A DNA stretch of 64,000 bases from an uncultured bacterium (GTDB lineage: Bacteria > Eisenbacteria > RBG-16-71-46 > CAIMUX01): assembly GCA_964371055.1 (NCBI GenBank), contig CAYJLF010000004.1, forward strand, positions 74,389-138,388, written 5' to 3'. Positions 30,565 to 39,703 of this stretch are shown here, one piece after another. The position numbers and the translations under genes are program-made. The notes beneath the pieces were generated by a model, which saw only the letters and a program-made list of their open reading frames with translations, was not told where the DNA came from and searched no databases. The stretch's first letter is position 1. Each line of letters starts with the position of its first letter.

Positions 30565-31233
30565 TTACCGCGCATACCGCTTCTTGATCGATCCCCAGGA
30601 GCCGGTCTCGATGGGCGACGGAGCCGGTCCGTAGATCTGCGGATCCCAGGCCAGGTCGTATCCGTCGGGGATGCCAAGCCCAGGATGGTTGCTGACGCCT
30701 CCAAAGAAGGTCCAGCCGTTCGGCTGGTCGAGAAGCGCGAGCCTGGGCCCGCTCGACCAGTCGACCAGACCGCTGACGGTGCCTACTCCGGACACCGTGT
30801 CATAGAAGAGCACGAGCTCGGTGAAATGGCCGAGAAGCTCGAGGGACCCGTCCCCGAAGGTGGCCGGGACCGCGGCATTCGGCGGAAGGGGCGCGTAGTC
30901 CGAGTTCTTGGCCGCGTCGGCCTGGAGCGCGATCTCGCCGCCGGCGTAGGTGATCTCAAGAATCGTGTCGTAGCTCACGACCTGGGTGATCTCGAGATCG
31001 TCCACCAGAACGGTGTATTCGTTGGTCTCAAAGTCGAGCGGCCAGATCGGTTGCGGCTGGATCTCATTGAAACGCATGACGATCGTGACCCTCGTGCCCG
31101 GTTCCGCCGGCGGGCCGTCCAGATACGAGAATCCGGCGAAGTCGAAGAACGGCTCCTCGGCACTGGCCGGCGCGACTGCGACGGCCATGAACAGGATGAT
31201 GCCCGCCATTCCAAGGTAGAAACATGTCTTCAT
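30565..31233 (-). CDS. Secreted protein paralogous to the adjacent PEP-CTERM protein, with a SWGSIKKRY tail
   Basis: GGAGG RBS, signal peptide, motifs shared with 29839..30522 (DFAGFSY, VPATF.DG, GIP.GY). Confidence 0.85.
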   Translation of the reverse strand: MKTCFYLGMAGIILFMAVAVAPASAEEPFFDFAGFSYLDGPPAEPGTRVTIVMRFNEIQPQPIWPLDFETNEYTVLVDDLEITQVVSYDTILEITYAGGEIALQADAAKNSDYAPLPPNAAVPATFGDGSLELLGHFTELVLFYDTVSGVGTVSGLVDWSSGPRLALLDQPNGWTFFGGVSNHPGLGIPDGYDLAWDPQIYGPAPSPIETGSWGSIKKRYAR

Positions 31234-31567
31234 GACAGCACCTCCGCGGGAACACCGTCCCCGCGACACGGCTACCGTTTGCAACCCCCGCTGGATCAAG
31301 CGTATCGCATATGAAGGAATTTGTCTACTATATAGCATTTCACTCTCCGGATGGGCGTATCTTCCCCTCTATCTTGGGGTAGGCCCCTCCGTTCCCCCCT
31401 GTCCGCCACGCACGCCGGTTGACCGCCCGTGGATCGGGAGCGAGAATCCACCGACTTGGTCAGCGTCCCGGCCACCACCGGGGCCGCTGGCACCGTGAGT
31501 CTCATGGCGGCGCCCTCCCGCGGGCGCCGGGACCTCATGGCCGCAAGGCCATGGAAAGGAGAGGACC

Positions 31568-32347
31568 GTGAGCGGCACCGATCGCGAGGGGCGCCCGGGA
31601 GAAGACGGAACCGCTGCCTACCGGCCCCCGACGCCAGGCGATCCGGGGAGGCCGGGCCTCGCCGCCCGCCTGGCAAGGCTCTTCACCTCGCCCCGCACTG
31701 CCTTTCAGCCACCTCTCGGGCGAAGCGTCTGGATCACCGCCCTGATCCTCCTGGCGGCGATGCAGTTCACCCAGGCCATCCTCCTCCGGGACATCACGCG
31801 TGAGCAGGTGATCAGCGGGATCGAGCGGAACGACCGCATCGGCGAGGAACAGAAGGAGTCGATCATCGCGCAGATGGAGACCGGCTACGACGACCCCGGC
31901 CGTTTCGCCTTGCAGGCCCTCTGGGGAGTCATCGGAGCGCTCCTCGTCTCCTACCTGCTGGTGGCGCTGATCTACCACCTGGCGCTCAATTTCGGCCTCG
32001 GAGCCCGTGTCCCCTACGGCGAAGTCCTCGGCGTCGTCACCTTCAGCGCCCTCATCTTCCTGGTGCGGGACGCCCTCCGGCTGCCACTCATGATGTCGAA
32101 GGAGACGCTCTACGTCTTCACCAGTCCCGCCGCCTTCATCGACCCGAACAACCGCCTCTTGCTCACGGTGCTCGATCGCTTCGATCTCTTCGCCCTCTTT
32201 CGCCTGGTCCTTTTGACCTTCGGACTGGCGTCGGTGAGCGGTCTCCCCCCGGCGCGGACGGTCGTCCCGGTGATCGTGATCTGGGTTCTGACGGGGTTGC
32301 TCGTCGTGGGCTTCATGCTCAGCCCGATCGGCAAGATGTTCGGCTGA
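31568..32347 (+). CDS. Yip1 family membrane protein
   Basis: LFTSPRTAF N-terminal motif, about 5 TM segments; GAGG RBS. Confidence 0.8.
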   Translation: MSGTDREGRPGEDGTAAYRPPTPGDPGRPGLAARLARLFTSPRTAFQPPLGRSVWITALILLAAMQFTQAILLRDITREQVISGIERNDRIGEEQKESIIAQMETGYDDPGRFALQALWGVIGALLVSYLLVALIYHLALNFGLGARVPYGEVLGVVTFSALIFLVRDALRLPLMMSKETLYVFTSPAAFIDPNNRLLLTVLDRFDLFALFRLVLLTFGLASVSGLPPARTVVPVIVIWVLTGLLVVGFMLSPIGKMFG

Positions 32348-32409
32348 GTCCAGTGTCCGCCGAACGGACGGACGCAGGCCGGAGCCCGCGGCGCGCCGGG
32401 CCGAGTGTC

Positions 32410-32943
32410 TCAGGAGGAGTCGCGCAGCAGCTTCAGGAAGGTTTCCTGCAGGAGCGCCTTCTCTTCGGCCCCTTCGTGCAGCACCTGGATCGACTTGACC
32501 GCCGAGCCCTCCGCGAGCGCCGCGAGGAAGCCGGCGATCATTTCGCGGACCGGGCCCTCCCGGCGGCCGTGCGCACCCTGGTAAAGCGGGTGAAAGACCA
32601 TCGACGTCGCCTTGTCCCGCACCGCCCGATCGATGGCGGCCCGCACCGCGACTTCGCCGGCACCCGGGATCCAGTTCAGGTCCTGCCCCATGACGGCGGC
32701 GTGGTAGATCCATCGATACCCCAAGGCCGCCCCCCCGGTCGCCACCACGAGGCCGGCTTCGACGGGTCCCTGCCGCACCGCTTCGATCTCGATCTCTTTG
32801 CCGAACCGCTTCTTGATTTCCAGGCCGGGCCCGGAGAGCATCCAGAAGTGGTCGTTGGCCGGAATCACAAGGACCTCTCCCTCGCGGGGCAGATCCGACG
32901 CGGCCAGCCACTCGATTCGCGTGCCCAGGATGCGGAATGCCAT
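32410..32943 (-). CDS. Divergent macro domain protein
   Basis: IPANDHFWM..G, GPVEAG..VATGG..L, WIYHAAVMGQD. Confidence 0.75.
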   Translation of the reverse strand: MAFRILGTRIEWLAASDLPREGEVLVIPANDHFWMLSGPGLEIKKRFGKEIEIEAVRQGPVEAGLVVATGGAALGYRWIYHAAVMGQDLNWIPGAGEVAVRAAIDRAVRDKATSMVFHPLYQGAHGRREGPVREMIAGFLAALAEGSAVKSIQVLHEGAEEKALLQETFLKLLRDSS

Positions 32944-33005
32944 CGCGCCTCCCCGCGCCACCTCCCCGCGCGCGGACGACCGCGTGGCCCGGGAGGTGCG
33001 TTGTC

Positions 33006-34358
33006 GTGATACCGGTGCAGAAAGACCCCGCCCGAGGTGAAGGAGCACTCGTCCTCGCGCTCGGCGCTTCCCTCGCCCTCCTGCTCTGGACGGCGCAGCG
33101 CACGCTCGGCGCAGCAGTGCTCTTCGTGGCCTCCTGGATCCTCGGCAGTGCGTTGCCGGCCGGACCGGCGCGGCGGGCCGCGCGCGCCCTCCTGATTGCC
33201 GTTCTCGTCCTGTGGATTCTCCACCAGGCGCGGTGGGTTGTCTATCCCCTGGTCGCCGGTCTCCTGACCGCCTTCGTGCTCGCCCCGACCGTCGCGGGAT
33301 TGACCCGCCGGGGCTTCCGCCGCCCGTTGGCGATCGCCCTCTGCCTGCTGCCGATCGGGTTGCTGGCGGGCCTGGCCCTCGTCCTCCTGATCCCGGCGCT
33401 GGCCCGGCAGATCGAATTCATCATCAGCCGGCTGCCGGCGATGTACGCGTACGTCTCCGACCATCTCGACGCGCTGCGTGAGGTCGCTGGTCCCGTCGCA
33501 CCGTTCGTGGAGCGGACAGCGGCTCCTGACAGAATCGGCGTCGCGGCCGGGATGGACAGCCTCGCGGCCGGGATGGACAGCCTCGCGGCGTCGGGCGGGG
33601 CGGGGGATGGAACATCCCTCATCGGACAACTCGTCGGCCAGGCGGAGAATCTGCTGCGCGCGGCGCTCGGCCGCCTGTCGGATCTGGGCCGGGGAATCGG
33701 GCGGGCGGCGCAGTGGCTGGGGCTCTTGCTGCTCACACCGATCGTCGCCTGGCACCTGCTGGCCGACCAGGAGCGTCTGCGCGGCACCCTCATGGACTGG
33801 GTCCCGGCGCGGTGGCAGTCGCTGGTGGAGAGACTTTCGCAGGATCTTCAGTCGGCGCTCAGGGTCTACGTCCGCGGCCAGGTGCTGGTCGCCCTGGTCG
33901 AGGCGGTCCTCTTCTCGATCGTCTTCGCCATCGCGGGACTTCCTCAGCCGATCGCGCTCGGCCTGCTGGCCGGCCTCTTCTCCCTCATCCCCATCGTCGG
34001 ATTCGGGCTGACGATCGTCCTGGTGGCGCTCAACACCCTGACGGGGCCCGCTCCGTGGGCTTCCCTGATCAAGGCGGCGATCGGCCTCACGGTGATCAAT
34101 GTCCTCGAAGGGCAGTTCCTCGTTCCGCGCATCCAGGGCACGGGCCTCGGCATCCATCCCCTCGCGGTTCTCCTGGGCGTGCTGCTGTTCGGCACCCTCT
34201 TTGGCTTTGCCGGGATGCTCCTGGCGGTGCCCGCCATGGGAGTCCTGCGGGGCCTTCTCCCGGCCTTCCTCGAGGCGTGGCGGGCGAGTTCCTCCTATCG
34301 CGGCGACGAGGTCTGCTCCGACCCCGGAGAGGAACCGCGGGCGCCGGGCGCCCGCTGA
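33006..34358 (+). CDS. AI-2E family transporter
   Basis: YVRGQ, SLIPIVG, LEGQFLVPRI, GIHPL, FGFAGMLLAVP. Confidence 0.9.
   Translation: MIPVQKDPARGEGALVLALGASLALLLWTAQRTLGAAVLFVASWILGSALPAGPARRAARALLIAVLVLWILHQARWVVYPLVAGLLTAFVLAPTVAGLTRRGFRRPLAIALCLLPIGLLAGLALVLLIPALARQIEFIISRLPAMYAYVSDHLDALREVAGPVAPFVERTAAPDRIGVAAGMDSLAAGMDSLAASGGAGDGTSLIGQLVGQAENLLRAALGRLSDLGRGIGRAAQWLGLLLLTPIVAWHLLADQERLRGTLMDWVPARWQSLVERLSQDLQSALRVYVRGQVLVALVEAVLFSIVFAIAGLPQPIALGLLAGLFSLIPIVGFGLTIVLVALNTLTGPAPWASLIKAAIGLTVINVLEGQFLVPRIQGTGLGIHPLAVLLGVLLFGTLFGFAGMLLAVPAMGVLRGLLPAFLEAWRASSSYRGDEVCSDPGEEPRAPGAR
33541..33589 (+). repeat. In-frame 21-bp tandem repeat, about 2.3 copies
   Basis: TCGCGGCCGGGATGGACAGCC twice plus TCGCGGC; encodes AAGMDSL twice. 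Confidence 0.9.
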
Positions 34359-34434
34359 CCGCGAGCCGGAGTCGGACGAAAGAGGCGGAACGGGCGGAGC
34401 GGCCACGGATCGAGATCCCCTCGATCCCTCGGTG

Positions 34435-34992
34435 TCAGATGTCCTGGCCGCGCGGAACCGGCCGGGGCGGGCCGTGTCGGAAGGGAATCGCCTGCCAGCG
34501 GTCGACCAGGTGCCGGGTGGCTGGAGGCGGCAGGACGGCGGCGGCCAGGGGACGGAGCAGCGGACCGAGCCAGGGAAGCACGCGGGTCTGGGCCAGCGTG
34601 CCGCTTCCGACCGGCGAGACGACCGCCATCGCTCCGGCGAGGACCAGCACCAGGATCAGCCCCCGAACGGCGCCCAGACCGGCTCCGAGAAACCGGCTGA
34701 GTCCGGGGACCTTCTTTCCTTCCCACGCCGACGCGAAGAGCCGTCCGAAGAGCGTGAAGAGGAAAAGCACGAGCACGAGGATCACGGCGAAGACGATCCC
34801 GTACACCACGGATGAACTCTGCAGGAACCCGGGGCCCTGCGCCAGGGCGACGGGGGTGAAGCGAAAGCCTGCGACCGTTCCCGCGACGAGACCCGCGAGG
34901 GCGAAGATTTCCCGGAAGAACCCGTTGCGAACGCCGGCGGCCACGGTGAGCAGAAAGCAGAGGACCAGGGCTACGTCGATGAGAATCGGCAT
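34435..34992 (-). CDS. cvpA: CvpA family protein
   Basis: IDV...GVRNGFFREI, SRFLGAGLGAVRG. Confidence 0.85.
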   Translation of the reverse strand: MPILIDVALVLCFLLTVAAGVRNGFFREIFALAGLVAGTVAGFRFTPVALAQGPGFLQSSSVVYGIVFAVILVLVLFLFTLFGRLFASAWEGKKVPGLSRFLGAGLGAVRGLILVLVLAGAMAVVSPVGSGTLAQTRVLPWLGPLLRPLAAAVLPPPATRHLVDRWQAIPFRHGPPRPVPRGQDI

Positions 34993-35029
34993 GGGACCTC
35001 CCCCGGAGCGACTCGGCTGTCGGACGAAC

Positions 35030-35848
35030 TCAGGATCCGGATCCGTCCCCGATCTGGACCAGGACGGTGTCGCCCTTGCCCGCCCCGAGACGACGTTCGG
35101 CGCGTCCCTCGCGGACGGCGATCTCGAGCAGATCGTGGCTGTTGAAGAGCGCGAGAGTCCGTCCGCGATCCTGGTCGGAATAGGTTCGGGAGATCCGGTC
35201 GACGGCCTTGCCGTTCAGCTCGATGCGCACGCGGCGCCCCCGCACCGTCTCGTCGAACTGCCGCCGGGTGATGTTTGAGACCACGTTGCCGAAGCTGTCG
35301 ATGTGGACGACCTCGCCGCGGATCTGATCGCCCCAGATCCTCGGCCGCGGGGCCTCGAGCTGGACCGGATCGTCGAGCTGTGGCCCGAACTCGGCCGGAT
35401 CGACTCCCCGCGCTAGGTAGGCGGCCACCGGCGCGAAGACGTCCCGCCCGTGAAACGTGTCGCTGATTCCGGGCAGGAGATACCGCGGCTCGGAAATGCG
35501 GCGGATCCGGGCCTCGGGATCGGACTCGAGCAGATGGGTGAAGGCGCCGTTGTCGGGACCGACGAAGAAGTGCTCCCGTCCGGCGACCAAAAGGGGCCGG
35601 CGCTCTCCGCCCACCCCGGGGTCGACGATGACGAGGTGCACGGCCCCGATCGGGAAGTACCGGTAGGCGCTCCCCACGATCAGCGCCGCCTCGAGCACGT
35701 CCTGCGGGGTGATCTGGTGGGTGATGTCGACCAGGGTCGCCTGGGGGAAGATCCGCAGGATCACCCCTTTCATCGTGCCGACGTAGCTGTCCTTCAGTCC
35801 GAAGTCGGTTGTGAGCGTGATCACTCCGCAGGCCGGCAGCATGATCAC
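35030..35848 (-). CDS. SAM hydrolase / SAM-dependent halogenase family (DUF62)
   Basis: ITLTTDFG, VDPGVG, GPDNG, TFHGRDVFAP, IDSFGN. Confidence 0.93.
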   Translation of the reverse strand: MIMLPACGVITLTTDFGLKDSYVGTMKGVILRIFPQATLVDITHQITPQDVLEAALIVGSAYRYFPIGAVHLVIVDPGVGGERRPLLVAGREHFFVGPDNGAFTHLLESDPEARIRRISEPRYLLPGISDTFHGRDVFAPVAAYLARGVDPAEFGPQLDDPVQLEAPRPRIWGDQIRGEVVHIDSFGNVVSNITRRQFDETVRGRRVRIELNGKAVDRISRTYSDQDRGRTLALFNSHDLLEIAVREGRAERRLGAGKGDTVLVQIGDGSGS

Positions 35849-36180
35849 TCGCTCTCCCGCACGCGGCCGGTCGACTCGCCGAGCCAACGCAGAAAGGGCT
35901 CACCGCCGTCACGCACCGGCAGCACGAGAAACTCCGGAATCTCGTAAGGGTGAACACGCAGAAGATGCGCCTTCAGTTCCTCCACGCGCTCTCCCGTCGT
36001 CTTCATCATGAGGAGCATCTCTCCGTCTTCCTCCACGCGCCCGCTCCAGCGGTAGACAGAAACCAGACCGGGAAAACAGGTGACGCAGGCCGCGAGGCGC
36101 GCTTCCACCAGCTCGCGCGCGATCCGGCGCCCCTGCTCGGCGTTGCCGATGGTCGTGAGGACGATGAGAGGTTCCATCAT
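35845..36180 (-). CDS. cutA: Divalent-cation tolerance protein CutA
   Basis: LVEARLAACV, SVYRW, MKTT, HPYEIPE. Confidence 0.93.
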   Translation of the reverse strand: MMEPLIVLTTIGNAEQGRRIARELVEARLAACVTCFPGLVSVYRWSGRVEEDGEMLLMMKTTGERVEELKAHLLRVHPYEIPEFLVLPVRDGGEPFLRWLGESTGRVRESE

Positions 36181-36330
36181 GGCGGGGTTCCTCCGTTGCG
36201 GCGGGAGCATACGGAGGGAGGCCGGCGGGGTCAAGGCGCCTGAGCGGCCGAGGACGGGCAGGTCGACGGGCGCGGCGGATCTTCCGGAGCGAGGAGGGAG
36301 AGGAGCGAAAGGGGGCGCAGAACGGGCAGA

Positions 36331-36366
36331 GAGAAGCGGCCCGATGAATTCACCGGGCCGCCTCTC
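36331..36366 (-). terminator. Stem-loop downstream of the basic small protein gene
   Basis: GAGAGGCGGCCCGGTG-AATT-CATCGGGCCGCTTCTC followed by a pyrimidine tract on the minus strand. Confidence 0.6.
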
Positions 36367-36382
36367 GAGAACCGGTGCCCGC

Positions 36383-36763
36383 TCAGGCGGCCCGCTTGCG
36401 GGTGAAGCGGGTCGTCGCGTACTGCGTCCGGTTGTTCGTCGCCTTCTGCGTGGTGCGACGCGGACGGGGCTTGTTCGTGGTGTAACGCGTGGTCTGCGTC
36501 GAGGTGTAGTTCTTCGCCGTGGCGGGCTTGTACCCGGCCTTCGGGCCGAACTGCTTGGTCTCGGTGTAGTTCTGCTTCCAAGCCGTCCGGAACTGCGTCC
36601 AGTCGACCAGCATGACCTTCTGCGTGGCGGTCGGCTTCCACCAGACCCACGGCACGCCGTTCTTCTGCGCGAAGTTGGTCACGGTGCGGCTCGAGTTGCA
36701 GCCCTTGAGGTTCTTCGCCACGATCTGTCGCGGGTGAACCATGTTGACCTGATACTTGTTCAT
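36383..36763 (-). CDS. Hypothetical highly basic 126-aa protein
   Basis: GGAAGGGGG RBS, strong GC3 codon bias, downstream hairpin. Confidence 0.8.
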   Translation of the reverse strand: MNKYQVNMVHPRQIVAKNLKGCNSSRTVTNFAQKNGVPWVWWKPTATQKVMLVDWTQFRTAWKQNYTETKQFGPKAGYKPATAKNYTSTQTTRYTTNKPRPRRTTQKATNNRTQYATTRFTRKRAA

Positions 36764-36858
36764 CAGAGCACCCCCTTCCGGACTTGCGTCCTTCTGAGGG
36801 ATTCGGTCTCCACCGCGCCGGGCTTGAGCATCTTTCGCGGAAAAAGCCGACCCGGGAC

Positions 36859-38166
36859 TCAGCGGACCCCGCGAAATCGGTACTCCCAGGTCTGCCAGAC
36901 CAGGCGGCTGACCGGTCCCCAGAGCGGAAGAGGGCCGCGCTTCGCCCACCCGGTCGTGTCGCCGCCGGCCAGGCTGAGGGTCTCCGCCGATCCGCCGCCG
37001 GCGAGCCGGAGCGTCAGCAGAGGGCCGGAGGGACGGTCCGAGGAGTCTGGCCACCGCAGCCACTGGAGCGCGGCGAGCGCGGCCACGTCCCGCTCGATCA
37101 TCGCGGCGTCGGCGGGCACCGCACCCGGATCCCGGACCCACCCCTCGGCCGAACGACGGTAGGACCCGCCCGGGCGGGGAGCGAGCAGGCTCACCGTGTC
37201 GATCGCCGCGGCGGCGATCCGCACGAGGTGCCGGTCGGCCAGGCTCGGCCAACCGTCGACGAGCTGGCGAAAGTAGTCGCTGCCGAGGATGGCCGGGAGG
37301 GTCCGTCCGGAGGGACGCACATAGACGCCGCGCCCGTCCGGGGTGGTCCTCCCTACGCTTACCGTCTCTGCGCGATCGCCCTGGTAGAGGATCCAGATCA
37401 CGCGCGGCGCGTCGAGTCCGTGCTCGGTTGGATCGCTCTCTGGCCGCGGGAATCCGATCAGGTTCGGCCCCCGAAGCTGCTGGACCACCTGGTTGATCCG
37501 CAGCGGATCGAGCTGAAGCCCCGCGGGCTCGCGGGCTACCCAGCGCTCGGCCCCGAGGCGGCGGGCACGCAGGGATCGCGCCCCCGCCCGGACCTCGATC
37601 GAGTCGGGAGGACCGGCGCGAAGCGGCGCCGGCACCGGATCGCGCAGCGTGAAGTCGGCCGGGGCGAAAAACTTCCCCACCGTGAACTCGTCCAGCACGA
37701 CGACGGGCGCCCCCGCACCTTCGAGGGCGCCGTAGACCTGGCCGCCGACCGGAGTCGGGTCGCCGATCCGCAGCGACCAGAGACGTCCGTCAGCATCGGT
37801 GATCGCGACCCCGCGCCGCGGCGGGGTCAGGCCGAACGCCGGCCCGACTTCGTCCGGGAGGACCCGCAGCGCGGCGATCGACCGCGCTTGGCGGCGCACT
37901 TCCTCGACGAAGAGCGGATCGGCCCGGTCGTGGAACGGATGGATGACCCAGTAGTCCTCTCCCCGACGCGTCACCACCAGGCTGTCGCCCCCGCTCGTGA
38001 AGACGAGCCGATCCAGGGCGGCGAACTCGGGCCCGGCGGAGATCCGTGCCGCAGGCAGGGTCTCGGCGGTGGGCCGGCGGCCCCGCGTGGCCCAGACGAC
38101 GGCCAGGGCCAACCCGACCAGCAGAACGGCGCGGGTCACGGCGGTGCGGGTCACGCGCAGGCTCAT
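36859..38166 (-). CDS. DUF4340 domain protein
   Basis: N-terminal anchor, repeated FGLTPP / HGLDAP ... IGDPTP units; last gene of a Gld-like ABC operon. Confidence 0.8.
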   Translation of the reverse strand: MSLRVTRTAVTRAVLLVGLALAVVWATRGRRPTAETLPAARISAGPEFAALDRLVFTSGGDSLVVTRRGEDYWVIHPFHDRADPLFVEEVRRQARSIAALRVLPDEVGPAFGLTPPRRGVAITDADGRLWSLRIGDPTPVGGQVYGALEGAGAPVVVLDEFTVGKFFAPADFTLRDPVPAPLRAGPPDSIEVRAGARSLRARRLGAERWVAREPAGLQLDPLRINQVVQQLRGPNLIGFPRPESDPTEHGLDAPRVIWILYQGDRAETVSVGRTTPDGRGVYVRPSGRTLPAILGSDYFRQLVDGWPSLADRHLVRIAAAAIDTVSLLAPRPGGSYRRSAEGWVRDPGAVPADAAMIERDVAALAALQWLRWPDSSDRPSGPLLTLRLAGGGSAETLSLAGGDTTGWAKRGPLPLWGPVSRLVWQTWEYRFRGVR

Positions 38167-39695
38167 CGTCGCCGCAGCCAGACCAGGAGGCCGAGGGCGA
38201 AGAGCGCGAACGGAAGAAGGATCTGCACGACGGTGAAGATGACCCGGAACCCGGTCAGCCCCACCCGCAGCGGGGTGCCGCCGGCATCGATGGGCGGAAA
38301 GGTCAGCGGGTACTCCACCTCCGCCAGCCAGGAGATGGCGCGGACCGTGAACTGGGCGTTGCCGTAGAGGCCGATCGTGTCATCGCGCAGGAGATCGCTG
38401 TCGCCCACGACGAGCAGGCGCGCGGCGCTCTTTTCGGGAATCGCTCGATCGTTCGTCTCCGGCCCCGGCGGAACGGGCCACTCGAGAGCCACGCCGAGCG
38501 GCTGGATCCCGGAGAGAGAGCGGTCGGCGCCCACGGCACCCTCCCCCTCGACCAGAAGCCGCGCGCTGGGAGCGCTCTTCAGGACATCGCCTCCCGCTGT
38601 CCCCAGGATCGGCGCCGCCTGCAGTCCGACGCGGGTCGCGCCGCGCAGCACGATCGCCGAAGTCAAACCGTGACTGATCGGGTGCTCTCCGAGCGACTGC
38701 ACCGCGATCGTCTCCGGGCCCAGGCCGACCGACCGGGTCAGCGGTCCGTCATCCCGAATGCGCCGCCCGTCGACCTGGATCCCACGTCCGTCGATCAGCT
38801 GCTCGAGGCCGGTGGGACGCTCGGGGTCGACGAAGACACCCAGGCGACCGCCGCGGTCGAGGAAACGGCCGATCGATCCGATCTCGCCCGGCAGCAACGG
38901 CACGGCCGGACCCGTCACGAGAAGCACGCGCAGACCCGGCGGCGGCTCGGCGAGATCGGCCAGGGCGATCCGGCGTGGCGACAGCCCGGACCGCTCCAGC
39001 ACCCGCCGCAGCTCCGAGAACCCCGCCCTGCCTCCTCCGGTCTCGCCATGCCCCTCCAGGAGACCGACGATCGGCCGCCGCGGATCGCGCACGCGCAGGA
39101 TCGCGCTCGTCAGTTCGGATTCCGACAGCTCGCTCACGATCTCGCGGACCGAGTCGGACCGCACCAGGATCCCATTCGTGAATTCGATTCCGAGGGACCG
39201 GGCCAGCTCCGGCTCCCGCTCCGGGTCGAGTCGCCGCGTGCGGATGCCTCGTCCTTCACTCCGGTAGATGCGGAGAATCGAGGCGGCCTGAGAGGCGGCG
39301 GGGGCCGACTCCCGATAGACCGCGATCAGCTCGACCTCGGCCCCCGGATGGGCGAGGGCTTCGCGGGAGATATCGCTCAGGCTGTTCAGGCCCCGTCGCG
39401 AGAGATCGACCCGCGTCTCCCGCTGGGCGAGGCCGACCGCGAGGACCATGAGCACCGCGCCCAGGAGGACGAGCGTGAGGAAAGGGCCGGGCTCGGCGAC
39501 ACGCTGCATCCGCCGCAGAAAGCGGATGGAGGAACGCCAGCTGCGGACCAGGGCCCAGGCGAGACCGGTCAGGCCGGCGACGGTCAGCAGACGCGGCAGG
39601 TACGTCTCTGTCCCCGCGACCGACGCGACGAGGCCGGCGCCGACGAGGAGCGCGACACTCAGGCCGAACCAGGGCAGAGGGCGTCGTTCCTTCAT
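38163..39695 (-). CDS. GldG-like ABC transporter auxiliary protein
   Basis: VDLS...SLS, EGHGE, GGRL.VFVDP, VVGDSD, GN..F, WLRRR. Confidence 0.88.
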   Translation of the reverse strand: MKERRPLPWFGLSVALLVGAGLVASVAGTETYLPRLLTVAGLTGLAWALVRSWRSSIRFLRRMQRVAEPGPFLTLVLLGAVLMVLAVGLAQRETRVDLSRRGLNSLSDISREALAHPGAEVELIAVYRESAPAASQAASILRIYRSEGRGIRTRRLDPEREPELARSLGIEFTNGILVRSDSVREIVSELSESELTSAILRVRDPRRPIVGLLEGHGETGGGRAGFSELRRVLERSGLSPRRIALADLAEPPPGLRVLLVTGPAVPLLPGEIGSIGRFLDRGGRLGVFVDPERPTGLEQLIDGRGIQVDGRRIRDDGPLTRSVGLGPETIAVQSLGEHPISHGLTSAIVLRGATRVGLQAAPILGTAGGDVLKSAPSARLLVEGEGAVGADRSLSGIQPLGVALEWPVPPGPETNDRAIPEKSAARLLVVGDSDLLRDDTIGLYGNAQFTVRAISWLAEVEYPLTFPPIDAGGTPLRVGLTGFRVIFTVVQILLPFALFALGLLVWLRRR

Positions 39696-39703
39696 GTCAG
39701 CGC

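Noticed and set aside
31275-31345. Sigma54 promoter or PEP-CTERM box upstream of the paralogue pair
   Set aside because: AT-rich and contains TTGCA, but has no GG at -24 spacing; no specific site can be called.
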